Positions 30,992 to 41,100 of a stretch of DNA of 64,000 nt are shown here, one piece after another. The position numbers and the translations under genes were made by a program. Under the pieces are notes generated by a model. That model was not told where the DNA came from and searched no databases. It worked only from the letters and a program-made list of their open reading frames with translations. Each line of letters opens with the position of its first letter. The first letter of the stretch is position 1. The stretch is from Candidatus Shapirobacteria bacterium (GTDB lineage: Bacteria; Patescibacteriota; Microgenomatia; UBA12405), in contig JAUYJS010000008.1 in assembly GCA_030698565.1 (NCBI GenBank), forward strand, positions 15,098-79,097, in the 5' to 3' direction.

Positions 30992-32116
30992 ATGAAACTT
31001 TCCCTTCTTCAGGAAAATTTAAATTCCGCCTTAAGTAACGTTTCCCGATTCGTTTCTTCCAAGTCTCAATTACCTATATTAAATAACATTCTTATAACTA
31101 CTGATAATGGCCGTCTTAAACTATCGGCTACCAATTTAGAGTTGGGAATAAATTATTGGGTTGGTGCCAAAATCGAGCAAGAAGGTGTCCTGGCTTTACC
31201 CGCCAAAGAAATTACTGAATTTGTTTCCTACTTATCCTCTGGCAAAATTGATTGTGAATTAAACGATAAAAATCTTTTAAGTATATTTTCTACCAAGGCC
31301 GAATCTACTTTTGCCACAATTCCCGCTACAGATTTTCCTACCATTCCTTCAATAAATCCCAGTACTGCCTTTGAAATTGATTTATCTTTATTAGCCACTG
31401 CTGTTTCTCAAGTGGCTTTCGCTGCCGCTTCTGATGATTCCCGCCCAATTTTGACAGCTATTTTATGTAAATTCACCTCTCAAAGTTTTACTTTAGTGGC
31501 CACTGATGGTTTTCGACTATCACTTAAAACCATAAAATTAGTTAATCCAATCAAATTAAATGATGGTCAAGAAGAATTGACATTTTTAATTCCCGCCCGA
31601 AGTTTAATCGAAGTTACTAAACTCGCCAAGAACACTAAAAAAATTACAATTGGTTTAACATCTGATGGTCACCAGGTTGTATTCGTTCTAGACGATCTAG
31701 AGTTAGTTTCTCGATTGATTGAAGGGGATTACCCTGACTTCAAAAGGATCATCCCTGATAGTTTTACTACTCGAATATTTATTAATCGGGAAGAATTTTC
31801 TCAGGCAGTTAAAATTGCTTCTGTTTTTGCTCGGGAGTCAGCTAATGTTGTTCGCTTTAATTTAAAAGCTAATGCATTAGAATTAACTGCCAATGCACCT
31901 CAAATCGGGCAAAATCGGGCCACTGTCGAAGCCAAAATAGAAGGCAATCCTTTTCAGGTAGCTTTTAATTTTAAGTTTATTAATGATTTTCTCAATATTT
32001 GCAAAGGTGAAGAAATTCTCATAGAACTAAATGAAACATTTTCTCCGGTTTCTTTTCAGGATCAATCTGATCCGAGTTTAACCCACATTATCGGTCCAGT
32101 CAGTGTTCAAAACTAA
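30992..32116 (+). CDS. dnaN: DNA polymerase III beta sliding clamp
   Basis: 374 aa, three-domain clamp. N-terminus is MKLSLLQENLNSALSNVSRFV. Confidence 0.9.
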   Translation: MKLSLLQENLNSALSNVSRFVSSKSQLPILNNILITTDNGRLKLSATNLELGINYWVGAKIEQEGVLALPAKEITEFVSYLSSGKIDCELNDKNLLSIFSTKAESTFATIPATDFPTIPSINPSTAFEIDLSLLATAVSQVAFAAASDDSRPILTAILCKFTSQSFTLVATDGFRLSLKTIKLVNPIKLNDGQEELTFLIPARSLIEVTKLAKNTKKITIGLTSDGHQVVFVLDDLELVSRLIEGDYPDFKRIIPDSFTTRIFINREEFSQAVKIASVFARESANVVRFNLKANALELTANAPQIGQNRATVEAKIEGNPFQVAFNFKFINDFLNICKGEEILIELNETFSPVSFQDQSDPSLTHIIGPVSVQN

Positions 32117-32120
32117 ATTT

Positions 32121-32510
32121 TTATTCCCATTCAATCAAATGGCTTTGAGGATCCACCTCGTTTTGTATTAGCCACTTTGTAATTTCGCCTTCAATTGTCT
32201 CTTTATTTCCTGATTTAATTTTCACGGTTAAAGTTAGGGGTTTTTGATATTGTTGAATAGTAAATCCTTTTCCTTGGTAGGGTAATATTCGCCACAACGG
32301 GTATTTCTCTTCATTAGTTAGTGCAATTGTGGGAACCAAAGTCGGAGTCGCAATTATTGGTTCATTTGTTGGTGTCGGTAAAATTACTTGATTTTGATTA
32401 ATTTCTTCCACCTTATTACCATAAATTACCTTAATACTCGCCATTACTACCACAATCAAGCTCAATGCCACAATTAATTGGTACTTTTTTAAAAATTGAT
32501 TTAATTTCAT
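32121..32510 (-). CDS. Small exported/membrane-anchored protein, unknown (T4SS-like locus)
   Basis: 129 aa with an N-terminal TM/signal. Confidence 0.35.
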   Translation of the reverse strand: MKLNQFLKKYQLIVALSLIVVVMASIKVIYGNKVEEINQNQVILPTPTNEPIIATPTLVPTIALTNEEKYPLWRILPYQGKGFTIQQYQKPLTLTVKIKSGNKETIEGEITKWLIQNEVDPQSHLIEWE

Positions 32511-32520
32511 TTAACAAATT

Positions 32521-33528
32521 TTATTCTTTTAATAATGGAACCGCTAGAGTTATTGTGGCCGGCCCGGTATCTAATATTCCTTTACCGAGACAAATTAAAT
32601 AAGGTCTCAGAAGAGGATAATTATCAACATCCAAATAAGCTATATAAGTCTGATTAATATTCACTTCCTCAGGTGCCTTGTCTTCAAAATTGGTTAAATC
32701 ATATTGGGCTCCGCCATCAATATTAATAATTTTAAAATTATTAATTGGCAAGGCTTTTATTTCATCAAAATTAAAAGTTGGATAATCATCTTGTTTGGCA
32801 ATTATGGAAGACAAAAGGTCAACATCTAATTTAATTAAAGTGCCGTCCCAAGAAAATCTAGCTACAATGGGAAAGCCTTTATCAGTTAAAATCGGGTAAT
32901 TTTTAATGGCATAATAAGCGTTAATCTTCACAATTTGTGAATTTTCTTTACTACTGCTGACAAATCTGGGATTAATAATTTCCTCATATTCCACATTGTT
33001 TATCGAAATATTTAAACCACTTAAATTCAAGTTTTGATTAACAAGCTTTAAAAAAATATTTTTAATCTGCTCCACTTCTAGTTTTTGGGACACTATCGGG
33101 ATAGGGTTTAGTAAAAGATTTTTATAATAAGAAATCTTATTTTCAGTTTTGTTTATTTCTAAAGTAGATTTATCAGTTTCATTTTCAAAAACAGTTAAAC
33201 TAGAATTATCCAATTTAGAATTATTAAATCCCAAATTTTGGCTCATTTTATTTCCAATTTCTGTAGTATTTGCTTCCCCTAAAACTTTATAAACAGTCAA
33301 GGTGGGATCAATTTTTATATCGTTTATTCCCCAACTAATTTGATTAGGGGATTTCTGGTAGGGTAAAAGATTAGATTGGAATTGTGTTGGTGTTGGGTCA
33401 GTCTTGTTAATAGGTTTTGTAACTGGTTGCTGCTTCAGAAAAAGTAATATTAAAAAAATAACTCCAATCCCAATAATTAAGATTTTTCTAATTGTTTTTA
33501 TTTGGCTCATTTTTATAATTTTCCACAA
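32521..33528 (-). CDS. Exported protein with N-terminal TM anchor, unknown (T4SS-like locus)
   Basis: 335 aa, N-terminal TM. Overlaps the upstream gene by 16 nt, suggesting translational coupling. Confidence 0.35.
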   Translation of the reverse strand: MWKIIKMSQIKTIRKILIIGIGVIFLILLFLKQQPVTKPINKTDPTPTQFQSNLLPYQKSPNQISWGINDIKIDPTLTVYKVLGEANTTEIGNKMSQNLGFNNSKLDNSSLTVFENETDKSTLEINKTENKISYYKNLLLNPIPIVSQKLEVEQIKNIFLKLVNQNLNLSGLNISINNVEYEEIINPRFVSSSKENSQIVKINAYYAIKNYPILTDKGFPIVARFSWDGTLIKLDVDLLSSIIAKQDDYPTFNFDEIKALPINNFKIINIDGGAQYDLTNFEDKAPEEVNINQTYIAYLDVDNYPLLRPYLICLGKGILDTGPATITLAVPLLKE

Positions 33529-36071
33529 TTATCTAAGCAACCTCGTGGTACATCTTTTGGTAAATAAGTATTAATTTGATCCAATTCATTAAGTTGGTAA
33601 TGAAGATGCGGCCCAGTGCTATTACTACCAGTGTTTCCGCTTTCTCCAATTACCTCTCCTGCCTTAAACTCTTTTTGCCCAGTAAAGTTAATACTGTTTA
33701 AATGAAGATATGAAGTATAAAATTCTTTTCCTTTACAAGTACTGTGTAATCTAATAATCTCTCCACCAGTACTACTGCGTTCCCTGATAGCCACTCCATT
33801 ATGGGTAGCTAATACCGGGGTACCAGTACCCACACCAATGTCAATTGATTCCTTAATTGTTCTACAATGAGAACCGGTTGAACCTAAGTTAGGATCACAA
33901 TTTGTATCTGATCCTTGAGTAACATCTTTTCCTGGTGCATTTACTGGCCAACCGTTTGGACAACTTGAGGGTAGCGGGGTATTAGGATCTAAATTTGATG
34001 TTACTTCTTCTCCTCCACCCCCCATACCTGCCGGTGTTACTAAACTAGAAACCTGACTTGAAGTAAAAATCATATAAATAAATAAAAACCCAAACACTCC
34101 TATTATTATTGGGCCAGCGGCTGCTGTCGCTGCGGCTGTAGCCGATGCTAACGCACCAGCTAAGGCCGGACCAAGAAGAGTTGTGGCAATACCTAATCCC
34201 ATTTTACCAAGACTACCTAAAGCATCACCTAAATTACCCTGTAAAAAATTTTTTAGAAAAGATAATCCTCCCATGATTGCTGCGCCAATTCCGCCAGTAG
34301 CTGCCCCAGCTACTGTACTCACTGCGGATTGGACTGCTCCACTAGCCAATGCTTTTCCAGCCATCGAGGCTCCTGCCTTCATACTACTTCCAAAAAAATT
34401 ACCCATGGCCATTTTTAAGCCTTGCCCTAGGCCATTTTTTGATATCAGTCCAAAAGTATTTTGAGCAAAGACTCTAAAACCACCTTCAACTCCATTATTT
34501 AAAAAATTACCTAATTTTGGGAAAATTTTAGTAACAAAACCACCAGTAAACTTATCGGCTTTTTGAATAAAATTTGTCCAACCCTGAGCTTTATTAAAAT
34601 AACCCATTAAGTTATTATCTGTTTTAATTTCGCCAAAAAAACTTTGCAGTCTATCGACATCTGCCAAACCATCTATATGTAGATTTACATCGACAGCACG
34701 TTGATTCAGTAATTCAAATCTTTTAATTACAGTTTCAACCTTTTCTTGCCCGGTAACTAATCCAACTGTCATTTTTGTATATTCAAAATCTCTCTCCATC
34801 TTGGCACTATTCTCGCCTCCAACACCTGCCTTGACCTTAATCTCCTTACTAAAACTATCAATCGGGTTATTAACAAAGGGTTTAATAAAGTCTTTTAAAT
34901 CATTAGCCACAACCCTTTGTTCTTCCGTTAAATTAGGATTTGACTCAATAATCTTGTTATCAAAAACCTCCTCAAACATTTCACCTCTATAAGTATTAAT
35001 TAATCCTGGATTTCCCTTTATCAAACTACTAATCTCTTCCTCTACTCCTCTTGCTTCAAATTTTACTGTCGACAGTTCTGTTGCCGTCAGCTCCGGCAAG
35101 ATTCTAATTACTTCATTTGAAAAAGTATTTGTGTAAATTTCTCCCGTTTCTAAATCACGCCCAGAAAAGGCATTAATTACTGTTTGTTCAATTTTTGGTT
35201 TTAAAAATCTCACTCGGTTTTTAGTTATTTGAGAAACGCTTGGATTGTCTTCTAAGTGAGATGCCAAATTTTCAACCAGAGATTCACTTTTATTTTCAAT
35301 TTTAATCCTAGTATCTATTCCATAAACTGCTTCTGCCAGCTCTGCATTGACCTTTTTTCTAACCACTGGCTTAGTAATTTCTTTAGTAATTTCAGCTATT
35401 TCTTTTTTTGGTTCAATTATTAGTTTTTGTTCTAAAATCCTAGGACCGAACTGCTTAAAAATTTTTTCTACAACAATACTGGCCTGTTCAGCAGTAACGC
35501 CCAAACTTTTAATTTTAGTCTCAACTCTCTTTGTATTTTGGTCGACTAATCTTTCAATTCCGCTTTTATCCTTACTTTGAATTATTTCTTTTTGTTTTGT
35601 TTCAGTAACTTTCTCTGTATTTAGATCCCTTTGTTCTTTGGCAATTTTTTGTTGACCCTCAATAAAATTATCTATATTATTTTTAATCGTTTCTGGCTGG
35701 ACCAAACCTTCATTCTTTTTAATTTCTTCCTCAGCTTGTTTACTTTGTAGTTCTTTTAAAGTTTCTTTATCTATAACAACAGATTCCTGTTTTACAGTAG
35801 TTTCTTCTAATAAATCCTTAATTTTTTCATCTTTTAAATCTTCAGGAATTTCATTTAAAGCATTTAAAATTCCATCAACATCATCAATCCTTAATTTACC
35901 CCATCTATCTAAGTGTGAAAGTAATTTTTGGCTAGAAATAATTAGCCCATTATCGGGATTTAATTGAATTCCAATATCTTTTACAATTTTAAAAGCGTCA
36001 ATTAGATCCGAGACAACAGTATATTTTTTTGTGTTGTTCTCAATTTCCAGTCTAATAGCAGAAGAATCCAT
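33513..36071 (-). CDS. T4SS-associated cell-wall hydrolase candidate: coiled-coil N-terminus, Gly/Ala-rich membrane segment, C-terminal M23 (LytM) peptidase
   Basis: 852 aa. The C-terminus has the M23 motifs GEVIGESGNTGSNSTGPHLHYQ. The middle region (GASMAGKALASGAVQS...AAATAAAGPIIIGVFGFLFIYMIF) is Gly/Ala-rich and hydrophobic. Confidence 0.6.
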   Translation of the reverse strand: MDSSAIRLEIENNTKKYTVVSDLIDAFKIVKDIGIQLNPDNGLIISSQKLLSHLDRWGKLRIDDVDGILNALNEIPEDLKDEKIKDLLEETTVKQESVVIDKETLKELQSKQAEEEIKKNEGLVQPETIKNNIDNFIEGQQKIAKEQRDLNTEKVTETKQKEIIQSKDKSGIERLVDQNTKRVETKIKSLGVTAEQASIVVEKIFKQFGPRILEQKLIIEPKKEIAEITKEITKPVVRKKVNAELAEAVYGIDTRIKIENKSESLVENLASHLEDNPSVSQITKNRVRFLKPKIEQTVINAFSGRDLETGEIYTNTFSNEVIRILPELTATELSTVKFEARGVEEEISSLIKGNPGLINTYRGEMFEEVFDNKIIESNPNLTEEQRVVANDLKDFIKPFVNNPIDSFSKEIKVKAGVGGENSAKMERDFEYTKMTVGLVTGQEKVETVIKRFELLNQRAVDVNLHIDGLADVDRLQSFFGEIKTDNNLMGYFNKAQGWTNFIQKADKFTGGFVTKIFPKLGNFLNNGVEGGFRVFAQNTFGLISKNGLGQGLKMAMGNFFGSSMKAGASMAGKALASGAVQSAVSTVAGAATGGIGAAIMGGLSFLKNFLQGNLGDALGSLGKMGLGIATTLLGPALAGALASATAAATAAAGPIIIGVFGFLFIYMIFTSSQVSSLVTPAGMGGGGEEVTSNLDPNTPLPSSCPNGWPVNAPGKDVTQGSDTNCDPNLGSTGSHCRTIKESIDIGVGTGTPVLATHNGVAIRERSSTGGEIIRLHSTCKGKEFYTSYLHLNSINFTGQKEFKAGEVIGESGNTGSNSTGPHLHYQLNELDQINTYLPKDVPRGCLDNCGKL

Positions 36072-36105
36072 TAAATAAAATTATATCAATTGCCCCATCT
36101 TTCTC

Positions 36106-38478
36106 CTAGACAATATCTTTACCCAAAAGCTTGTCGTAATCTGGTTTTTTATCGTTATTTTGTTTGTTGTCAATAAATTCCGGCACATTTTTTTTAGCAA
36201 ATTGCGGTGGCTGGGGAATTTTTGGCTCAGTTTGATTTATAAAAACTGGCCCTTTATTATTATTTTGAGGAACCACAGTTTCTGGTTTAGGTGGTTCAAA
36301 TTTGGGCAAGGGCGGCAAAGGAGGTAGTTTGTCCGAGTCACTGAAAGATTTAAATAAATCTTTATACTTAGGCGAATCTATTTCATTTGCTTTTTTTTCG
36401 ATTTCTCCATCTTTTACTTGTTTTTCGTGCTCATCAAGTTTTTTTTGTTCCAAAACCTCAAGTTCTGAAATCCTTTGGTTTAAAGCATTTTCTATTTTTT
36501 CCGCTTCATTTATGTTTATTTGTTGGGGTTTTTCTACGACCGTTTCTAAAAACATTTTTCTATTTTCATTTACTGGTACTGGTATAGGTTGAGCCGGCAA
36601 AGACGGTTTAACCTCTTCTGTCTTTTTAGGTTCCAAATTTATTGGTGGGCTAATTGGCTTAACTGGTTCAGCAGCCGTTTTTTGTTGTTTTAATTTTTCT
36701 TCCGGGTTTGAAGTAATTAATCTATGTTCATCTTCAGAGGCAATTACTTTAATAGCCACATGGTTTTGTCCGGCAAAAAATATGCCTTCACCTTTACCCG
36801 CACTCAAAAGTAGTTGTTTTTCTCCTTCAGATAAATAAAATACTTCCGCTAATTGGTCAATAGCCGCACTGTGCTGTTTTAAAAGAATTTGAATCGAACT
36901 GTTGGTCACTATTTCTTTACCATACGGTGTTTGCAAAAAATCATCCACGTCTTGGGTAATTGTCGTTACTCCCAGATAATATTTTCTACCTCTTTTAACC
37001 ACACCTCTTAAAAACGCGGCCGAATCCGGATACTGCATCAAATACCAAGCCTCATCGACTATCAAAATTCTTTTTTTAAGATTATTTTTAATTACCGTCC
37101 ACACATAATCCAAGATGATATACATAGCTACTGGTCGTAGGGAATCTTCCAAGTTTCTTATTCCAAAAACGACAAAATTACTAGTTAAATTAACTGTTGT
37201 TTTTTGGTTAAAAATACCCGCAAAAGCGCCTTTAATATATCTTTCCAGTCGGGCAGCAATATTGGCAGCTTTCGGATCTTCCATTCCAATTAGTGATTTA
37301 TATAAATCTTCTACTAATGGAGCTTCCTTGTTTTGTGTTTCCGGATCTGGGGTTATCCCTTTCATTTTGTAGGCATCCAATAGAGCCCGATCCAAGATCG
37401 ATTCTTCCATAGGATCCATTTGCCCCAACATTACCTTAAACAATTGATGTAAAGACAGCATTTTAGAATTAAGGGCGTTTTCCCCCTCTTCCATAGTTAA
37501 AGATAAATCAAAAGGATTAATTTTTGAATTTTCATTATAACCAAAGGCAACATATTGGCCTCCGACTGATTCACACAAGTCACGGTATTCATTTTCTGGA
37601 TCAATAACAATAATATCTGTTCCAAACATAGCCGATCTCAATGCTTCTAATTTTATTAAATATGATTTACCCGCACCAGCAGTCGCAAAAACCACCGAAT
37701 TATAATTAGGCATAGAGAACCTGTCAAAAATTACCAGAGATCCGTTATGTTGATTTATTCCATACATTATTCCCTTATCATCCGAGAGGTCTGAAGACAC
37801 AAATGGAAAAGTCGTCGCCAAGGAAGTTGTATCCATATTTCGAGTTATTTGAAGTTTATCGTCGCCAATTGGTAGGGTAGTGATAAAACCATCTTCCATT
37901 TGCAAAGTAGCCCTTTTACTAATAATTAAAAGTGCTCCCAAGGCTGCTTCTAAATTTTTATTAATTCTGTTAAGCTCCGCTACAGAGTCAGCTGTAATTG
38001 TTATATATAAACCAAATTGAAAAAAGCGTTCTTCTCCTTTAACCAAATCAGCTTGTAAATTCAAAGCATCTTCTAATTTAGCTTGAGTTGCTGGATTAAC
38101 CAATCTTCCTCTCTGAATATCCGAACCAATTTCCGCTTCCATTTCAGTAATTTTTCGCCTCAAATCATCCAAAATTTCCTTACCATCAGTTGGATAAATA
38201 AACATGGAAATATTAAGTGAGGCATCGAAATTAATTAAAGATGACAACCAATTTATGCCGACAAATCGGGGATATGCCGCCACAAACAAGGTTCGATAAT
38301 ATTTATTGTCAATTCTTAAATAATCAAAATCCACTTCAATTGCCGAAGGTGCAATCACATCTTTAGTGGTTACTAATCCTTCCGCAAACGGCTTAATATT
38401 ATTATTTGTTTCAATTGTCGACACTACCGTTTCCGGTTTTATATCTGTTTTTTTTATTAATTTATTTAAAAAACTCAT
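36106..38478 (-). CDS. VirB4/TrsE/TraC-family T4SS ATPase with unusual ~200-aa Pro/Lys-rich C-terminal tail
   Basis: 790 aa. N-terminal RTLFVAAYPRFVGINWL region, Walker A FATAGAGKSYLIK, and Walker B ILIVDEAWYLM. The C-terminal tail (PISPPINLEPKK...PPLPPLPKFEPPKPE) is low-complexity. Confidence 0.8.
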   Translation of the reverse strand: MSFLNKLIKKTDIKPETVVSTIETNNNIKPFAEGLVTTKDVIAPSAIEVDFDYLRIDNKYYRTLFVAAYPRFVGINWLSSLINFDASLNISMFIYPTDGKEILDDLRRKITEMEAEIGSDIQRGRLVNPATQAKLEDALNLQADLVKGEERFFQFGLYITITADSVAELNRINKNLEAALGALLIISKRATLQMEDGFITTLPIGDDKLQITRNMDTTSLATTFPFVSSDLSDDKGIMYGINQHNGSLVIFDRFSMPNYNSVVFATAGAGKSYLIKLEALRSAMFGTDIIVIDPENEYRDLCESVGGQYVAFGYNENSKINPFDLSLTMEEGENALNSKMLSLHQLFKVMLGQMDPMEESILDRALLDAYKMKGITPDPETQNKEAPLVEDLYKSLIGMEDPKAANIAARLERYIKGAFAGIFNQKTTVNLTSNFVVFGIRNLEDSLRPVAMYIILDYVWTVIKNNLKKRILIVDEAWYLMQYPDSAAFLRGVVKRGRKYYLGVTTITQDVDDFLQTPYGKEIVTNSSIQILLKQHSAAIDQLAEVFYLSEGEKQLLLSAGKGEGIFFAGQNHVAIKVIASEDEHRLITSNPEEKLKQQKTAAEPVKPISPPINLEPKKTEEVKPSLPAQPIPVPVNENRKMFLETVVEKPQQININEAEKIENALNQRISELEVLEQKKLDEHEKQVKDGEIEKKANEIDSPKYKDLFKSFSDSDKLPPLPPLPKFEPPKPETVVPQNNNKGPVFINQTEPKIPQPPQFAKKNVPEFIDNKQNNDKKPDYDKLLGKDIV

Positions 38479-38479
38479 T

Positions 38480-39184
38480 TTATTTTTTAGTACTAACCAT
38501 TGGGGCGGTGTAATTTAATGTCTGAATTTTTTGATTTATCGAATTTTCTTCATTATATATTTTATAAAACAATTCTATTAATTCTTTAGTTGCTAGTTGC
38601 CTTATTTCCAAACCCAACCTAGCAAATAGTCTCATCAAATGATCTCGTTTAGGTTCCAAATTAGCCTTTGCTTTTTCTAAAATATAATTTTTATCATAAG
38701 GTAATACTTGAGACTTTTTTTTCATCGGCAGTAAACTAGCCAAAATTTGTTTATTAGCCGATTTTATACCCAACTCTAAAACTGAAAATCTAACTAAAAC
38801 ATAAAATGATTTAGATAGTACTTCATTTTTTTTAACCGTCTCTTCTATAAATTTTCTATAAAGCTGAATTCTCTGTTTCAATAGCGGGTTAATTTGTTTT
38901 TCTTCAGCCGTCTTCAAATTATTTAAATAAGCGCTTACATCTTTTGTATTTGATCTGATTAGAATTTGAATTGGAAAATTAAGTGAATTTAAAATTCCAC
39001 CATATGCAAAAACCAAAGACGACTGTTCTTTTTCCGACAAAAGGTCGAAATTTACCGATGATAATTGCATTACCATAGCGCACGACCCATCTTTTAAAAT
39101 CACCACATTATCCACCACATCTTCAATCTGAAGATGCTCTTGAGTAGTTCCTTTAATGGCGATTTTTAATGGGTCACTTGGCAT
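38480..39184 (-). CDS. Hypothetical soluble protein encoded immediately upstream of VirB4 (1-nt gap)
   Basis: 234 aa, no TM segments or recognised motifs. Tight spacing implies co-translation with the ATPase. Confidence 0.35.
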   Translation of the reverse strand: MPSDPLKIAIKGTTQEHLQIEDVVDNVVILKDGSCAMVMQLSSVNFDLLSEKEQSSLVFAYGGILNSLNFPIQILIRSNTKDVSAYLNNLKTAEEKQINPLLKQRIQLYRKFIEETVKKNEVLSKSFYVLVRFSVLELGIKSANKQILASLLPMKKKSQVLPYDKNYILEKAKANLEPKRDHLMRLFARLGLEIRQLATKELIELFYKIYNEENSINQKIQTLNYTAPMVSTKK

Positions 39185-39206
39185 ACCTTTTATTATTAAT
39201 CATAAC

Positions 39207-40142
39207 TTAATTAGAAGCAATAATTCTTATTGGTTTAACAATCTGACCAGACAAATCAATATTAACCCGATCAAAATTACTACCTTCTTTTTCGGCAATC
39301 ATTAAGTAACGACCGTTGGCTAAAGGCGTTGAAGTTTTAAATTGACCCAAAGAGTTAGTTTTTAAAACTCGAGAAGAATTACCATGTTCATCTTGAATTT
39401 CAACAATTACCCCCTCCACTATTCCGCCTTGGATATCCGTCGCCATCCCCACCACTACATTTGGCACATCGGGAATATCTGGCATGGGTATAGTACCAAA
39501 CACAGCACTACCAGTTGCCTCCAATTTTTCCGTTTTTAAGTCTAAATTTGTTTTTTGATTTTTCCAATCGTTGGCAGTGTTTTTAATTTGTGCCTCGGTT
39601 TTTATTACTTCAACTGGTTTACTCGGCTCATCAATTACCGTTGATTTAATTATCTTTTGATCAGGCTTAAAATCCTCCTCTTTTTCCATTTCTGTTTCTT
39701 TAGGTTCCCCTAAAGTCAATGATTTCAGATAATCACTTATCTTTCTTTTTTTGTCTTCATCTTTTAATTGCCAACCTTTATTATTGTTTTCTTCCGCACT
39801 TTCTTCATCCCTATTTTTAGGTTCACTAAAATCAGTTTTAAGCCAGTTTACGTCAACACTTTTTTTGTAAATAAAAATAGTTGGAGAGTAGATTGCCTTA
39901 ATAAAAGAAGATATCCATTTTTCTAATGGTCTATCTTGGAGGGGAACAAAAGCCAATATTAATCCGCCCCCAGCAAAAATTGCCATTAATGGCCATTTAA
40001 CTAGAATCATTATGTTAGTCGCGTTAAATAGCATGGCAATTATTACTCCAGCCGCAGCTTTTAAAAACTGCTTTAAGGTCATTTCACCGACGAGTTTGAA
40101 TTCATACGATGAAATTTGCTGTGGTATTGGGTGTTGTTCCAT
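39207..40142 (-). CDS. Membrane protein: VirB3-like N-terminal 2-TM segment + C-terminal carboxypeptidase-regulatory-like beta-sandwich domain
   Basis: 311 aa. The N-terminal two TMs (LKAAAGVIIAMLF...WPLMAIFAGGGLILAFV) match the small membrane protein that classically precedes VirB4. The C-terminus (VVVGMATDIQGGIVEGVIVEIQDEHGNSS...GQFKT) is CarbopepD_reg-like. Confidence 0.4.
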   Translation of the reverse strand: MEQHPIPQQISSYEFKLVGEMTLKQFLKAAAGVIIAMLFNATNIMILVKWPLMAIFAGGGLILAFVPLQDRPLEKWISSFIKAIYSPTIFIYKKSVDVNWLKTDFSEPKNRDEESAEENNNKGWQLKDEDKKRKISDYLKSLTLGEPKETEMEKEEDFKPDQKIIKSTVIDEPSKPVEVIKTEAQIKNTANDWKNQKTNLDLKTEKLEATGSAVFGTIPMPDIPDVPNVVVGMATDIQGGIVEGVIVEIQDEHGNSSRVLKTNSLGQFKTSTPLANGRYLMIAEKEGSNFDRVNIDLSGQIVKPIRIIASN

Positions 40143-40170
40143 TGGTTAAATTTTACAGTAAATTCTAGCC

Positions 40171-41097
40171 GTGATGTTAAACTATCTCATGCGTCGACTT
40201 TTAATTGTGGATGGCCATGCCATCGCTCATCGGGCTTATCATTCAATTCCACCCTTAACTTTTCAAGGTCAACCAGTCAACGCCATCTATGGTTTTTATT
40301 CAATGTTATTAACCGCCATCAGCAGTTTAAAACCTCATTATTTAATTGTTTGCTTAGATTCTCCCGGACCAACTCTTCGGCAACATGAGTTTATTGGTTA
40401 TCGAGCCAAACGTAAACCAACCGACATGGATTTAGTTTCCCAACTACCCTTACTTCAGGAAAGTTTACAAACCTCAACCATTCCCAATTTTGCTATTGGT
40501 GGGTACGAAGCCGATGATTTAATTGCCTCTTTAACCAAATTAGCCTTAAAAAAGGTCAGAAAAGGTATAATTTCTCAGATAACCATTATTACTGGTGACA
40601 AAGATTTAATGCAACTAGTAGGACCACAAGTAGAACTTTTTGTCCCAATTCGCGGTTTGTCGGAAACTAAAATTTTCCAAAAAGATGATGTCAAAGAAAA
40701 ACTAGGAGTTTTTCCTACTCAAGTTATCGACCTAAAAGCCTTAATGGGAGACATGTCAGATAATTATCCTGGAGTAGCTGGTATTGGCCCAAAAGTGGCG
40801 GTCGATTTACTTAGCCAATACAAAAATCTGGATAATATTTATCAACATTTAGATGAAATCAAGCCGGCAGTCAAAGAAAAATTAATTAACGGTCGGGAAA
40901 ACGCTTATTTATCCCAAAAACTAGCCTCTCTAATTTACGACATTCCTTTTAAATTTAAATTAAAAGAGGCCTTATGGAATCAAAACAGAATGGAAAATTT
41001 AAAACAACTTTTTTTAAACTATAATTTTAAATCCTTAGCCGCGAGGTTAGACAAAAAGAATCCACCAAAAAAAATTAATCAAACTTCATTATTTTAA
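40171..41097 (+). CDS. 5'-3' exonuclease (Pol I N-terminal domain-like, FEN family)
   Basis: 308 aa. LLIVDGHAIAHRAYH, GDKDLMQLV, and the H3TH motif PGVAGIGPKVA. Confidence 0.85.
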   Translation: MMLNYLMRRLLIVDGHAIAHRAYHSIPPLTFQGQPVNAIYGFYSMLLTAISSLKPHYLIVCLDSPGPTLRQHEFIGYRAKRKPTDMDLVSQLPLLQESLQTSTIPNFAIGGYEADDLIASLTKLALKKVRKGIISQITIITGDKDLMQLVGPQVELFVPIRGLSETKIFQKDDVKEKLGVFPTQVIDLKALMGDMSDNYPGVAGIGPKVAVDLLSQYKNLDNIYQHLDEIKPAVKEKLINGRENAYLSQKLASLIYDIPFKFKLKEALWNQNRMENLKQLFLNYNFKSLAARLDKKNPPKKINQTSLF

Positions 41098-41100
41098 TAC

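Noticed and set aside
38479-39184. Idea that the 234-aa ORF is a frameshifted N-terminal domain of VirB4
   Set aside because: The 790-aa VirB4 ORF already begins with the conserved N-terminal region (…RTLFVAAYPRFVGINWL…) found in intact Gram-positive-type VirB4 proteins. The 234-aa protein is therefore a separate gene.
40116-40388. 90-aa plus-strand ORF overlapping the start of the VirB3-like gene and the 5'-3' exonuclease
   Set aside because: It is out of frame with the well-supported exonuclease gene (40171-41097) and its translation has no features.
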